NCBI GenBank assembly: GCA_963790305.1
Contig: CAWBOC010000009.1
Location: 320,001 to 384,000, forward strand
Direction: 5' to 3'
Origin: an uncultured Gemmatimonadaceae bacterium
GTDB taxonomy: Bacteria > Gemmatimonadota > Gemmatimonadetes > Gemmatimonadales > Gemmatimonadaceae
DNA length: 64,000 nucleotides
Below the pieces are notes generated by a model, which saw only the letters and a program-made list of their open reading frames with translations, ran no database searches and was not told where the DNA came from. This document shows, in pieces, positions 51,243 to 61,785 of this stretch (its first letter is position 1; each line of letters opens with the position of its first letter). Made by a program: the position numbers and the translations under genes.

Positions 51243-51629
51243 TCAGGAGTCGCGAGCGTGCGCTGCGATGCGCTCCATCATTGCCGGCAGCTGCCCGACG
51301 AAGGCCGAGCGCGCCATCACCTGCACGCCGTCAGCGCGGGCGGCGTGGATGACCTCCACGTTCGTATGGCCGGCGAAGCCGATCACAGGCACCTTCGCCG
51401 CCGCGGGATTCGCGCGTAACCGCGACAGCATCGCCGGCGTGTCGAGTCCCTCCATCTCGAGATCCATCAGCACGACGGCGGGCGTGGCGTTCCCGAGGTG
51501 GCGATCCAGCTGCTCGGGACTCTTCGCCACGCGAAGCGGGACGCCCGCGCGACGGGCGGCCTCGTCGATCTTGGAGCGGAAGATCAGATCCGAAATGACG
51601 ACGAGAACTGGTTGTGGCTGTTCTGTCAT
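51243..51629 (-). CDS. Atypical single receiver-domain protein
   Basis: VLVVISDLIFRSKI, VVLMDLEM, PVIGFAGH; lacks the usual KP motif. Confidence 0.7.
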   Translation of the reverse strand: MTEQPQPVLVVISDLIFRSKIDEAARRAGVPLRVAKSPEQLDRHLGNATPAVVLMDLEMEGLDTPAMLSRLRANPAAAKVPVIGFAGHTNVEVIHAARADGVQVMARSAFVGQLPAMMERIAAHARDS

Positions 51630-51636
51630 CTTTGCG

Positions 51637-53097
51637 TCACCCCGCGACGTTGATCGTTGCCAGGTAGATGACTTTCGTCCCGAAGAGCAGGCTCTCCACC
51701 GGCACCCGCTCGTCATTGCCGTGCATCCGCTCCTCGTCGTCCTGCGCGAGCGGGAACGGGAGCACGCCGTACGTCTGTACACCCCACGCCCGCAATCGCG
51801 CGCTGTCGGTCGCACCCGTGCTCATGTAGGGGACCACCGCAACGCTGGAATCAACGGACCGTACGGCCTCGGCGATCGCACTGAACATCGCCGACCGGAA
51901 TGAGGACGCCGGCGCATCGATCGTGTCCCGGCTCACCTCGAAGGTGACCTGCTTGTCGCCAACGACGCGCCGAAGGCGTACGACCACGGAATCAATCGAC
52001 TGACCGGGGAGCGTGCGGATGTTGAGATTCGCCGTCGCTTCAGTGGGAATTACGTTGGTGCGAATGCCCCCGTCGATGAGGGTCGCCGAGATCCCGTTGC
52101 GCAGCACGGCGTTGTAGATCGGGATCGCCGAGAGTACGCGGGCGCCACGCGCGATCCGCCGCTCGTCGCGGGACGCGACATCGGCCATCGCCCGACGCTC
52201 GGCGGCATTGGGCCACACCGCGCTCAGCTCGGAGAAGAACACGCGGGTCGTGGGGTTGATGCGCACCGGCTCCTCGTACGCCGCGATCTTCGCCATGGCC
52301 CTCGCCAAACGGCTGATCGCGTTGCCGGGCAATGGAACCGATGCGTGTCCGCCTGGTCCCTTCGCGATCACGCGAACGTTGTGCGCGACTTTCTCGGTGT
52401 TCTGGACGGCTACATACAGCGGCCGCCCATTCACCACGCGCGTGCGCCCACCCTCGTTGAGCGCGAACTCGGCACGAATGAGATCGGGCTTGTTGGCGAT
52501 CAGCCAACCCATCCCCCACTCCCCACCCGCTTCCTCATCGGAGTTGGCGACGAGAACGACATCGCGCTGCAGCGAGCCACCGGCATCGATCACGTTGCGC
52601 TTCAGCAGCAGCATCGTGACCAGGTTCGCGGCCAGCATTCCCTTGTCGTCGATTGCGCCCCGGCCGTACACGTAGCCATCCTTTTCCACGCCCGCGAACG
52701 GGTCGACCGTCCACTGGTCCGCCTCGACGCCCACGACATCCATATGCGCCATCAACAGCACCGGCGGCTTCGAGCCATTCCCCTTGAGTCGCGCCACGAA
52801 CGCGGCGCGGCCCGGCGACGGTTCGAACAGGTGCGTCTCGATTCCGGCCGAGCGCAGTGTGCTGTCGAGGTATCGGGCGACAGTGATCTCGTTGCCAGGC
52901 GGGTTGACGGTGTTCAGCTGAATCAAACGCCGCAGGTGCCGCACCGTCTCGTCGCGCACCGCGCTCCACTCTGGCTGGCGCGCCACGGCAGCCCGCGCGT
53001 CAGGGTTTTGCGCGCGTGCCATGGCGAACGGAGTGGCGAGCGCGATCAAGGCGCCCGTCAGAAGTGTCCGGGGGAACTGTCGGCGCATAATGGTCAC
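51637..53097 (-). CDS. Secreted M20/M25/M40 metallopeptidase
   Basis: Signal peptide; AHMDVV, GRGAIDDKG, SDEEAGG, NEGG, GHAS, GATDS, HGNDER. Confidence 0.92.
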   Translation of the reverse strand: MTIMRRQFPRTLLTGALIALATPFAMARAQNPDARAAVARQPEWSAVRDETVRHLRRLIQLNTVNPPGNEITVARYLDSTLRSAGIETHLFEPSPGRAAFVARLKGNGSKPPVLLMAHMDVVGVEADQWTVDPFAGVEKDGYVYGRGAIDDKGMLAANLVTMLLLKRNVIDAGGSLQRDVVLVANSDEEAGGEWGMGWLIANKPDLIRAEFALNEGGRTRVVNGRPLYVAVQNTEKVAHNVRVIAKGPGGHASVPLPGNAISRLARAMAKIAAYEEPVRINPTTRVFFSELSAVWPNAAERRAMADVASRDERRIARGARVLSAIPIYNAVLRNGISATLIDGGIRTNVIPTEATANLNIRTLPGQSIDSVVVRLRRVVGDKQVTFEVSRDTIDAPASSFRSAMFSAIAEAVRSVDSSVAVVPYMSTGATDSARLRAWGVQTYGVLPFPLAQDDEERMHGNDERVPVESLLFGTKVIYLATINVAG

Positions 53098-54621
53098 TCA
53101 CGACGTGACGAGCAGATCCTCGATGGCGCGTACCAACGGCGCGAACGACAGCGTTCGGCCGGTGGCCCTTTCTGCGAGCTCGCCCGCCAGCTCGCGTTGT
53201 CCTTCGCCAAATAGCGCGCCGATCACCCACGGTCCCGCGCGCGGATTGCGCCACCAGTCCTCGTTGAAGCGCTCGACGAGCGTCTCCGTCAGCAGTGCCT
53301 GAAGCTGCCACGCGCGCAGATACCGTGCGGCGTAGAATCGCGGGTCGACGTCCACGAATGCATCCGCCGGGTCATACCGGAAGCTCGTCGCACTCGTCAG
53401 GCGGTCGACGTATAGATCCGGCAGCGCGTCCCAGCGGACCTCACCGCCGTAGAGTGCCGTCTCGTAGATGAGCTTCGCGCAGTAGCGCCGCAGGAAATGA
53501 AGCTCTTCGAATCCCACCGTGCGGAGAAAGGTCGGTGCGTGACGCCGCCCGAGCTCCGTATACCGAGCCAGCCACCCCGGATCGTGCATGAGGTGGTCGA
53601 GGAGCATCGCATACCCTTCGGTGACCGAGTTGTCACCCAGCCAGCGCCACTCGAACGGGTAGTCAGAGCGCGTGTAGGCGAAGTGCAACGCATGGCCGAG
53701 CTCGTGAAGCAGCGTGCGATAATCCGCCTGACCGCCGTGTGGACGCAGCACGAGATAGACCTCATCGGGCACGCGCACCGGCGCGCAAAAGGCGCGAGCC
53801 CGCTTTCCTTCCCGCTCGCCGGTGTCGTAGATGATCCGCCCGCCAGCATTGGGATCGATGCCCATCTCGGAGGTCTGTCGTCTCACGGACGCTTCCATCG
53901 ACGCGCTGGGAAAGTGAGCGTCGAACTCCTGGGCACGCAGGAGGTGAAGTGCATCCGCGCGCGTCGCGTCCGCCGGGTCCATGCGGAGCTTGCCGCGCAC
54001 CGTCTCCGCGTACACGTCGTCCCACATCGCCTGCGTGTCGCGGAGGAACTGCTCGCACTCGGCAACGAGGCCGCCAAGGTCGACGCCACTCAACGCCTCG
54101 AATGTCGCGTTGAAGGTTGGCGCGATCTCCATCCCCTCGATGATCTCCTTCTCGCGCTGAAACCGCTCCCGCCGAAGCGGGGCAAGCTCCGCCTCGACGA
54201 CGAGTGCGCGCCCGCGCTCGATCAGCATGCGCTCGTCCCGGTTCGAGGCGTTGCCGATGTCGATCGACGCGCGCTGATACGGGATCTCGCGGCCGTCCTC
54301 GAGGCGAACGATCGCGCTTCCCTCCCACTCGATCTCACGCTCGTCGAGCGCAGCAAGGGCCCGACCCGCGACGGAGTCGGTGAGCCACTCGAGCATCAGC
54401 CGAGCCGAGCGATGCGCATCGGATCCGGGGGCGGCTCCACGAAACTCCTCTCGCACGAGAGCCAGGGCGTCCTCGCCAAGAATCGCGGCGTGGCGCTCGT
54501 AGATCGCCTGGAGGTCCGCGGTCGGTTTGAGCCCTGCGTGCGCGAGGTAGTACTCGCGGGACACCTCTTCCATGAAGAGCTGCCCGTCCCGACGCAGCCG
54601 ATCGAGGGTGAGCGATTTCAT
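53098..54621 (-). CDS. M3/M32-like gluzincin metallopeptidase
   Basis: [24 protein letters not shown]. Confidence 0.7.
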   Translation of the reverse strand: MKSLTLDRLRRDGQLFMEEVSREYYLAHAGLKPTADLQAIYERHAAILGEDALALVREEFRGAAPGSDAHRSARLMLEWLTDSVAGRALAALDEREIEWEGSAIVRLEDGREIPYQRASIDIGNASNRDERMLIERGRALVVEAELAPLRRERFQREKEIIEGMEIAPTFNATFEALSGVDLGGLVAECEQFLRDTQAMWDDVYAETVRGKLRMDPADATRADALHLLRAQEFDAHFPSASMEASVRRQTSEMGIDPNAGGRIIYDTGEREGKRARAFCAPVRVPDEVYLVLRPHGGQADYRTLLHELGHALHFAYTRSDYPFEWRWLGDNSVTEGYAMLLDHLMHDPGWLARYTELGRRHAPTFLRTVGFEELHFLRRYCAKLIYETALYGGEVRWDALPDLYVDRLTSATSFRYDPADAFVDVDPRFYAARYLRAWQLQALLTETLVERFNEDWWRNPRAGPWVIGALFGEGQRELAGELAERATGRTLSFAPLVRAIEDLLVTS

Positions 54622-55979
54622 GCAGCGAGCCGCTCCCGCACGACGTCCACCACTCGCGTCGCGTCGACCCGCTCCTGCTGGAGTGTATCGCGATCGCGGA
54701 TGGTCACCGTCTGGTCCGTAGTGGACTGGCCGTCGATCGTGATCCCGAAGGGCGTTCCCACTTCGTCCTGTCGCCGATACCGCCGACCGATCGCTCCCGA
54801 TTCGTCGTAAAACACGGGGAAGTGCCGTCGCAACTCGTTGGCCAGTCGCGTCGCCATTTCCGGCATTCCGTCTTTCTTGACCAGGGGAAAGACGCCCGCC
54901 TTCACCGGCGCCAGCGAGGGGTGGAGCGCGAGCACGGTGCGCCCCTCTTCCTCGCCCGCCACCTGCTCCTCGCGGTACGCGTTGACGAGGAGCGCGAGCA
55001 GCGTCCGATCGGCGCCGACCGAGGTTTCGATCACGAAGGGCACGAACCGTCGGTTATTCGGTTGATCGAAGTACTCGAGCTTTTTCCCGGAGTATTCCTG
55101 GTGACGTCCGAGATCGAAGTCGCCGCGATGGTGAACGCCCTCGATCTCCTGGAAGCCGAGCGTGCCCCCGAAATCGAACTGAATGTCGAACGCGGCGCGC
55201 GCGTAATGCGCGAGCTCCTGCGCGTCGTGCTGATGAAACTGAAGTCGCTCCTCACGCAGGCCAAGCAATCGGTGCCATTCCATACGCTGCGCCTTCCAGT
55301 ACTCGAACCATTCCATGTGGTTCGCGGCCGGATCGACGAAGAACTGCATCTCCATCTGCTCGAACTCGCGCGTGCGGAAGATGAAGTTGCCCGGCGTAAT
55401 CTCGTTCCGGAACGCCTTCCCGATCTGCGCGATCCCGAACGGCACCTTCTGCCGCGTGGACTGCTGCACGTTGAGGAAGTTGACGTAGATGCCTTGCGCG
55501 GTCTCTGGCCGGAGATACACGACGGACGCGGTGTCTTCCACCGGACCCATGAACGTCTTGAACATCAAGTTGAAGAGGCGCGCCTCGGAGAGCGTGCCCT
55601 TCATGCCACAGGCAGGACACTGCGCGTCCGGCGTCCCCGGGGTTCCCTTGATCTTCGGATCGTCGGCCCGGAACCGGCGCTTGCAGTTGCGGCAATCGAC
55701 CAGGGGATCGGTGAAGCCGGCGACGTGGCCGCTCGCCTCCCAGACTCGCGGGTGCATGAGGATCGCCGCGTCCAGGCCCTCGATGTCGTCGCGCATACGG
55801 ACCATGGCGTTCCACCACCGGTCCTTGAGGTTCCTCTTCAGCTCGACGCCGAGGGGGCCGTAATCCCACACCGAGCCGGTGCCGCCGTAGATCTCGGAGG
55901 ATTGAAAGATGAACCCGCGTCGCTTCGCGAGCGACACGAGCTTTTCCATTACATCGGGGAAGGTGCTGATCGAGGACAT
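54618..55979 (-). CDS. glyQS: Glycine--tRNA ligase (alpha2 type)
   Basis: [70 protein letters not shown]. Confidence 0.97.
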   Translation of the reverse strand: MSSISTFPDVMEKLVSLAKRRGFIFQSSEIYGGTGSVWDYGPLGVELKRNLKDRWWNAMVRMRDDIEGLDAAILMHPRVWEASGHVAGFTDPLVDCRNCKRRFRADDPKIKGTPGTPDAQCPACGMKGTLSEARLFNLMFKTFMGPVEDTASVVYLRPETAQGIYVNFLNVQQSTRQKVPFGIAQIGKAFRNEITPGNFIFRTREFEQMEMQFFVDPAANHMEWFEYWKAQRMEWHRLLGLREERLQFHQHDAQELAHYARAAFDIQFDFGGTLGFQEIEGVHHRGDFDLGRHQEYSGKKLEYFDQPNNRRFVPFVIETSVGADRTLLALLVNAYREEQVAGEEEGRTVLALHPSLAPVKAGVFPLVKKDGMPEMATRLANELRRHFPVFYDESGAIGRRYRRQDEVGTPFGITIDGQSTTDQTVTIRDRDTLQQERVDATRVVDVVRERLAA

Positions 55980-56011
55980 TTTCGAAAGATGACGAGGCCC
56001 GCTCGCAGGGG

Positions 56012-57030
56012 CTAGCCGCCGGCGTGCGCCTCGTGCGACGCTGCCGGATCGCTCCACATGGTGGTGAGCCGACGCGCGATGAGGTCCCCGTGCCCGCGCC
56101 CGTTTTCGATGAACACCTTGTTGGCATCGTTGCCGGCGCTGATCACTCCCGCGATGAACACGCCCGGCACGTCCGTCTCCATCGTGGCTGGATCGTGTAC
56201 CGGAATACCGGTGTCGGCGTCCACCGTTGCGCCAATGGCACGCAGCAGCTCGTGCTCGGGCGTATAGCCCGTCAGCAGATACACGTGGTCGGCCGCCAGG
56301 CGCTCGGTGCCGTGCGGCGTGTCGAGCACCACCGCGGAGGGTTCAATCGCTACGATTCGGGAGCGCCACCGAGTGGCGATGTGCCCCTCGGTGATTCGAT
56401 TCTGAAGGTCGGGAGCCACCCACGGCTTCACGCTCGGCGACAATCCTTCGCCGTGGTACACCATTGTCACGCGTGCACCGCTCCGGTAGAGGTCGAGCGC
56501 CGCTTCGGCAGCGGAGTTCTTTCCCCCACCACGATCGCGTCGCGCATGAACGCCTCGTGGCCTTCGCGATAGCGGTGCGTGACGTGCGGGAGATGTTCGC
56601 CCGGAACTCCGAGGAAATTCGGAGAATCGAAGTACCCGGTTGCCACGACGACGGCCCGCGCGGTAGTTGTTCGCACGTCCTGGCCGCGTGGCCGCGAGTG
56701 AACGACGAAACTCTCCCGTCCTGCTTCAAGGTGCTCGACCCGCTCGTACTGCCGCACGATCAGCCCCTGGCGCTCCACCACCTCGCGGTAATACGCCAGC
56801 GCATCGCGGCGCGTCGGCTTTTCCGTCGCCACGACGAATGGCATTCCGCCGATCTCAATGCGCTCCGCAGTCGAAAAGAACGTCAGGTACGTTGGATAGC
56901 CGGCGATCGATGAGACGACGCAGGACGCTTCGACAATGAGCGCGCGCCACCCGGCGCGCTCGATGGCGATGGCGGCGGCGAGGCCGCACGGGCCCGCGCC
57001 GACGACGACGACGTCCGTATCAAAGTCCAA
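56012..57030 (-). CDS. ypdA: YpdA-family FAD/NADPH oxidoreductase (putative bacillithiol disulfide reductase); frameshift near 56525
   Basis: [34 protein letters not shown]; one extra G in the G run restores [28 protein letters not shown]. Confidence 0.85.
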
Positions 57031-58300
57031 TGATTTGATCTCGCCGCGTTCCCACACTGACGTAGGCGATTCTCGTCTCGGCGAGCTCCTGAATGCGATC
57101 GAGGTACCGGCGTGCCTGGGACGGCAGATCCTCCATGCGACGCGCCTCCGTCGTCGGGCGGCGCCAGCCCTCCATCCACTCGTAACGCGGCTGCACGGCG
57201 TCGAGCGTCACCAGGTCGCCCGGGAATTCCGTAAAGGTCTCGCCGTTGAGCTCGTATCCGGTGCAGAGTCCCAGGCGGTCGAGCGTGTCAAGCACATCCA
57301 GCTTGGTCACGGCGAGACCGGTGAGTCCATTGATGCGTGAGGCGTATCGCACCACGACCGCGTCAAACCAACCGCAGCGCCGAGGTCGGCCTGTCGTCGC
57401 CCCGTATTCGTTGCCGAGTTTGCGAACCTGGCTGGCGAGGGGCTCATCGAGCTCGGTCGGCAGGGGCCCGTTCCCAACACGGGTCGTGTAGGCCTTCACG
57501 ACTCCGAGCACGGCATCGATCGACGTCGGCGCGAGTCCCGCGCCGGTAACGGCGCCGCCGGACGTCGTGTTGCTCGATGTCACGAAGGGGTAGGTGCCAT
57601 GATCGACATCGAGGAGCGAGCCTTGTGCGCCCTCGAGCAGTACCGCGGCGCCCGACTTTCGCGCCCGCGAAACGACAAGCCCAATGTCGTCGGCGAGCTC
57701 CAGGAGCCGAGGCGCAAGGCGTTCCAGCAGCTCGACCGTCGAGTCGACGTCGGCGCGGTGTGAGGAACCGAACGCGGCGAGCTGGGTGTTGGCATGCGCG
57801 ATTCCGCTTTCGACGAGCGATCGGAGCCGTTCCGGGTGTCGCAGGTCGAGGACGCGAACGCCGCGGCGTGCAACCTTGTCCTCGTAGGCAGGACCGATCC
57901 CCCGCCCCGTCGTGCCGATCTGCTTGCTCGCAGCGCTCTCCCCGTCGAGAAGCTTGTGATACGGCATGACGAGATGTGCGCGATCGCTGACGTAGAGTCG
58001 GCCGGATACGTCCACGCCATCCGCGATCAGCTCCTCGATCTCCTCGAACAGCGTGTCGGGATCGAGCACCACGCCGTTGCCGATCGCGCACCGCACGCCC
58101 GGGTGCAGGATTCCGCTCGGAATCTGATGGAGGACGAAGGAGCGCCCACCGATCGCCACGGTGTGGCCCGCGTTCGCGCCGCCCTGGTATCGGACGACCC
58201 AGTCGGCGCCCTCGGCGATCACATCGACGAGCTTCCCCTTGCCTTCGTCGCCCCATTGGGCGCCGACGACCACGAGGGTACGGATGTGCTGGTCAAACAT
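57020..58300 (-). CDS. purA: Adenylosuccinate synthetase
   Basis: QWGDEGKGK, GGANAGHT, IGTTGRGIGPAYEDK, EGAQG, GTYPFVTSS, ATTGRPRRCGWFD, TKLDVL. Confidence 0.97.
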   Translation of the reverse strand: MFDQHIRTLVVVGAQWGDEGKGKLVDVIAEGADWVVRYQGGANAGHTVAIGGRSFVLHQIPSGILHPGVRCAIGNGVVLDPDTLFEEIEELIADGVDVSGRLYVSDRAHLVMPYHKLLDGESAASKQIGTTGRGIGPAYEDKVARRGVRVLDLRHPERLRSLVESGIAHANTQLAAFGSSHRADVDSTVELLERLAPRLLELADDIGLVVSRARKSGAAVLLEGAQGSLLDVDHGTYPFVTSSNTTSGGAVTGAGLAPTSIDAVLGVVKAYTTRVGNGPLPTELDEPLASQVRKLGNEYGATTGRPRRCGWFDAVVVRYASRINGLTGLAVTKLDVLDTLDRLGLCTGYELNGETFTEFPGDLVTLDAVQPRYEWMEGWRRPTTEARRMEDLPSQARRYLDRIQELAETRIAYVSVGTRRDQIIGL

Positions 58301-58346
58301 GAAGAGAAAGTTAGTCAATACGGAGAGTGGAGCGCAAAACGACGAA

Positions 58347-58427
58347 GGCGCTGGAGAAGCGCTAAGGGCGCTGGATAAGCGCTGAGAACGAACAGCGCTA
58401 TTCCAGCGCTCCCAGCGCTTTTCCAGC
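58347..58427. repeat. Imperfect inverted arrays of AGCGCT/GCGCTGGA units
   Basis: GGCGCTGGAGA AGCGCTAAG GGCGCTGGATA AGCGCTGAG ... CAGCGCTATTC CAGCGCTCC CAGCGCTTTTC CAGC, between the kinase and purA. Confidence 0.7.
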
Positions 58428-58438
58428 CCCCCCGCTCC

Positions 58439-60733
58439 TCACGTCCGCGGCGGCGGCGCCATCGCCACCCGCGCAACCTGCTCATCGCTCGTCAGCGTTT
58501 CGCTCGTGAGCGGCAGCGTCACGGTGAAAGTGCTGCCGCGACCGTATTGGCTGGCCACGCCAATGTCGCCACCAAGGAGCGCGATGAGCTTGCGCGTGAT
58601 GCTCAGACCCAGCCCGGTGCCGCCATACTCGCGCGTCCGCGACTGGTCGACCTGGCGGAACTCCTCGAAGATGACCTCGAGGTCCTGCGGGCGAATGCCA
58701 ATACCCGTGTCGCTCACCGCGATGCGCACGTGTTGGCCATCCGAGCGCGTGGAGATGGACACCGACCCGCGCGGGGTGAACTTCACCGCGTTCGAGACGA
58801 GGTTGAGCACGATCTGTCGAACCTTCGTGCGATCGGTCTCCATGGAGATGGGCTCAGCCGGAAGCTGCACGTTGAACTCGAGGCCCTTGCGTCGGACCAT
58901 TGGCTCCATCTGTGCCGCGACGTCGTGCAGCACGTCGTTCAGCGACAGCTTCTCGAGATGCACCGGCATCTTCCCGGCTTCGATCTTGGCCAGATCGAGA
59001 ATGTCGTTGATGAGCGCCAGCAAATGCTGCGACGACACCTGAATGCGGTGGAGCCCCTCCTCCTGCTTCGCGGTCAGATCACCGTAAATGCGATCGAGCA
59101 TGAGTGCCGTATAGCCGATCAGCGCATTGATCGGCGTCCGCAGCTCGTGCGACATGTTGGCGAGGAACTCGCTCTTGAGCCGATACGCTTTCTCGAGCTC
59201 CTGTGACTGCCACTGGAGCCGAAGGTTCCGCTCTTCGAGATCGCGCGTGGCGTCCCGCACCCGATCTTCCAGCTCGGCGCTGAACCGCTTCAGCTCCTCG
59301 TAGAGCCGCTCGTTCTCCACCTCCTTGGTCCGGTCGTGGAGCACCGAGACGATCGCCATCGGCTCCCCGCGCTCGTCGAAGATTTTCCCGGACACCATCT
59401 CCATCGGCAGCGCCGCGCCAGTCGACGGCCGCACGAGGGACACCTGCGCGCGACGGGCACGGTCGTTCGTGAGCGCGAAGTCGGAGATGAACGACGTGAC
59501 CTTCGTATCGTTGTTGCGCACCCGTTGAATCATGGTCTGGTCACGACGCGTCGCGTCGGTCAGCTCGAAGAGCTCTTCCGCCTGACGATTCATCAGGATG
59601 ATGTTCGATTTCCCATCGGTGACGAGAATCGGGTCGGCGACGTTCTGCAGAATGAGCCCCAGGCGGTCGCGCTCGCGAGACGCCTGCTGCTCGGCCAGCC
59701 GCTCGCGATGAAACTGGCGCTGGAGCTGATGAGCGGCCTGCTTGAGGTCGGTCACATCCCGCAGCACCGACAGGTACGAGCCGCGGCGCGCCATTTCCAC
59801 CGGAAGCGGATGCGCCAGCACCTCGAACAGCAGGTCGGTCCCTTCGGTGGGATCGACGAGGTTGAGCTCTCGCGGTCCGCCTCCGAAGCCGCCCGGCGCG
59901 ATCGCCTTGGAGAGAAAGGAGCTATACAGGAGGGTGTTGATCTCGACCGCGCGACGCCGGCCCTCCGAGTCGTCGGAGCGCATGCCGAGGAGCTGCTCCG
60001 CCCGCTTGTTCAGGACAACGATCGTGTTCGATGTATCGGTAATCACGATCGGATCGGGAAGCGCGTTGATGATCGCCGTCAGGAGATTCGTTTGGCGATC
60101 GAGCTGCTCGGCGTAGCGTCGCTGTTCCTCCACGGTGTAGATGTGCGAGACGATCGGGCCGGCGACGCTGGCCATCTCGGCCAGCGTCTCGACCATCGCT
60201 GGCTCGATCGTCGATTCGAGCACCGCCACCGCGAAGGGCGACAGGCCAACGCGCCGGCGTCGCTCCGTCCCAACCGGCATCAGGCCGCAATCGCGGAACC
60301 GGCCGCTGAACGTGAGCCCGGACTCGCGCGCACGAGGAAGCGAGTCGCGATGCAGCGGCTGGGGGATCGGAATGGCGGCCCACGGGGCGAAGGGAATGCC
60401 GTCGCGGTCGAGCACGGCGTCGCGACACGCCACCGCCTCGAGCGACATCGCCGAGACCACCAGTGGATGATCGTTCTCGTCGAGGTGCACCGCGACGTCC
60501 GCGCCGAGCGTTTCGGGGACACCCACGACGTGGGTCACCTTCAGCCGATGCGCGGCGCCATCGATCATCAACAGGAGCGCACGTTTCGCCCCCGCTGTGT
60601 GGGCAAGTTGACGGAGAAGCAGCTGCGCGGCCTCCGTCCACGACCGCGCATGCGCCAGCGACGTCAGCAGCCCATCAAGGTCATTGCCGGTGTGCCGCGC
60701 CGGCGGTTCGGCGGCATCCCGTCGAACCGTCAC
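58439..60733 (-). CDS. Cytoplasmic GAF-like/PAS/PAS histidine kinase
   Basis: Two PAS starts (NALPDPIVITD, QNVADPILVTD); FLANMSHELRTPI; NLVSNAVKFT; GTGLGL. Confidence 0.92.
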   Translation of the reverse strand: MTVRRDAAEPPARHTGNDLDGLLTSLAHARSWTEAAQLLLRQLAHTAGAKRALLLMIDGAAHRLKVTHVVGVPETLGADVAVHLDENDHPLVVSAMSLEAVACRDAVLDRDGIPFAPWAAIPIPQPLHRDSLPRARESGLTFSGRFRDCGLMPVGTERRRRVGLSPFAVAVLESTIEPAMVETLAEMASVAGPIVSHIYTVEEQRRYAEQLDRQTNLLTAIINALPDPIVITDTSNTIVVLNKRAEQLLGMRSDDSEGRRRAVEINTLLYSSFLSKAIAPGGFGGGPRELNLVDPTEGTDLLFEVLAHPLPVEMARRGSYLSVLRDVTDLKQAAHQLQRQFHRERLAEQQASRERDRLGLILQNVADPILVTDGKSNIILMNRQAEELFELTDATRRDQTMIQRVRNNDTKVTSFISDFALTNDRARRAQVSLVRPSTGAALPMEMVSGKIFDERGEPMAIVSVLHDRTKEVENERLYEELKRFSAELEDRVRDATRDLEERNLRLQWQSQELEKAYRLKSEFLANMSHELRTPINALIGYTALMLDRIYGDLTAKQEEGLHRIQVSSQHLLALINDILDLAKIEAGKMPVHLEKLSLNDVLHDVAAQMEPMVRRKGLEFNVQLPAEPISMETDRTKVRQIVLNLVSNAVKFTPRGSVSISTRSDGQHVRIAVSDTGIGIRPQDLEVIFEEFRQVDQSRTREYGGTGLGLSITRKLIALLGGDIGVASQYGRGSTFTVTLPLTSETLTSDEQVARVAMAPPPRT

Positions 60734-60739
60734 GACACG

Positions 60740-61054
60740 TTAGGTGCGATCGCGACGACTGATCTCTTCGAGTCGGCGCTTGAGGTCTGCGTTCTCGCGC
60801 ATCACGCGATCGAGGTCGGCCTCCGTCCCCGCCGACAGCTCCCGAGGCCGCGCCGACGGCGCGGTGATGCCCACCGCCTCGGAAAAGCGCAGGTACGTAT
60901 CGATCGAGGCCACCACGATGCGTGCCTCGACGGTTACGAGGTCGATGCCGACCAGCGACACTCGAACCCATGCGTCGATCACGATGCCTTTGTCGAGGAC
61001 GCGATCGAGTACGTCAATGAGAGAACTGCCACCGGGGGCACGTTCGACTGCCAT
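60740..61054 (-). CDS. gvpA: Gas vesicle structural protein GvpA with C-terminal extension
   Basis: MAVER...[53 protein letters not shown]. Confidence 0.92.
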   Translation of the reverse strand: MAVERAPGGSSLIDVLDRVLDKGIVIDAWVRVSLVGIDLVTVEARIVVASIDTYLRFSEAVGITAPSARPRELSAGTEADLDRVMRENADLKRRLEEISRRDRT

Positions 61055-61060
61055 TCGCCG

Positions 61061-61402
61061 TTACTCCGTTGAAGTGGACGGTCGGCGCTTGGCGCCGCTC
61101 CGCTCGGTGAGCTGCCGCAGCTGCTGCTCGATGCGCTCCAGCCGCTTCTCGACTTCCCCCGAACCCAGCGCGCCAGCGTCGGCGGCCCGCGTCGTAAGGC
61201 GAGGGTCGTGCTGCCACCAGTTCATCCCGATCGACGCTGCCTTGTCGATCGAGCAGACGAGGAGCCGCACCTGGATGGTGAGGAGCTCCACGTTGGCGAG
61301 ATTGATCTTGATGTCACCCGCAATCACGAGTCCCTTGTCGAGCACCCGGTCGAGAATGTCGACCAGGCCGTGACTGCGCGTGGGTGCAATGTAATCAGGC
61401 AA
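61061..61402 (-). CDS. gvpJ: Gas vesicle protein GvpJ
   Basis: [43 protein letters not shown]...GMNWWQHDP. Confidence 0.85.
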   Translation of the reverse strand: MPDYIAPTRSHGLVDILDRVLDKGLVIAGDIKINLANVELLTIQVRLLVCSIDKAASIGMNWWQHDPRLTTRAADAGALGSGEVEKRLERIEQQLRQLTERSGAKRRPSTSTE

Positions 61403-61437
61403 AGGCGTTCTGCTCCGGTCGGCGGGTCTCCCCGCGG

Positions 61438-61785
61438 TTAGCGCAGCCGTCCAAGCGGCCCGAGGTCGATCTCCAGGTCCTCATCGTCGAGGTTGAAAAG
61501 CCGCTTCAGCTCGTTCATGCGCTCACTCAGCCGCAGCAGCGCCAAACCGAGACGCTCGACCTCCTCGTCGGTCAGCGACCCTCCGTCCATTCGTCGGACG
61601 GCCTGGTGTTCGAGGACTTTGCGCAACACTTCGATCAACGTCAATACGAGCTTCGCCAATCCCTGCTCGACGTGCTCCGGATCGGCGTCGATCCGCTCCG
61701 GGAGCGAGCGTGCGATCTCGTGCAGCTCACGCTCGAACTCGGCTGCCGCACCCGGCGTCACCTCCGTCACGCGCTCGTCGCTCAC
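61438..61785 (-). CDS. gvpK: Gas vesicle protein GvpK
   Basis: GLAKLVLTLIEVLRKVLEHQAVRRMDGGSLTDEEVERLG...IDLGPLG. Confidence 0.92.
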   Translation of the reverse strand: MSDERVTEVTPGAAAEFERELHEIARSLPERIDADPEHVEQGLAKLVLTLIEVLRKVLEHQAVRRMDGGSLTDEEVERLGLALLRLSERMNELKRLFNLDDEDLEIDLGPLGRLR

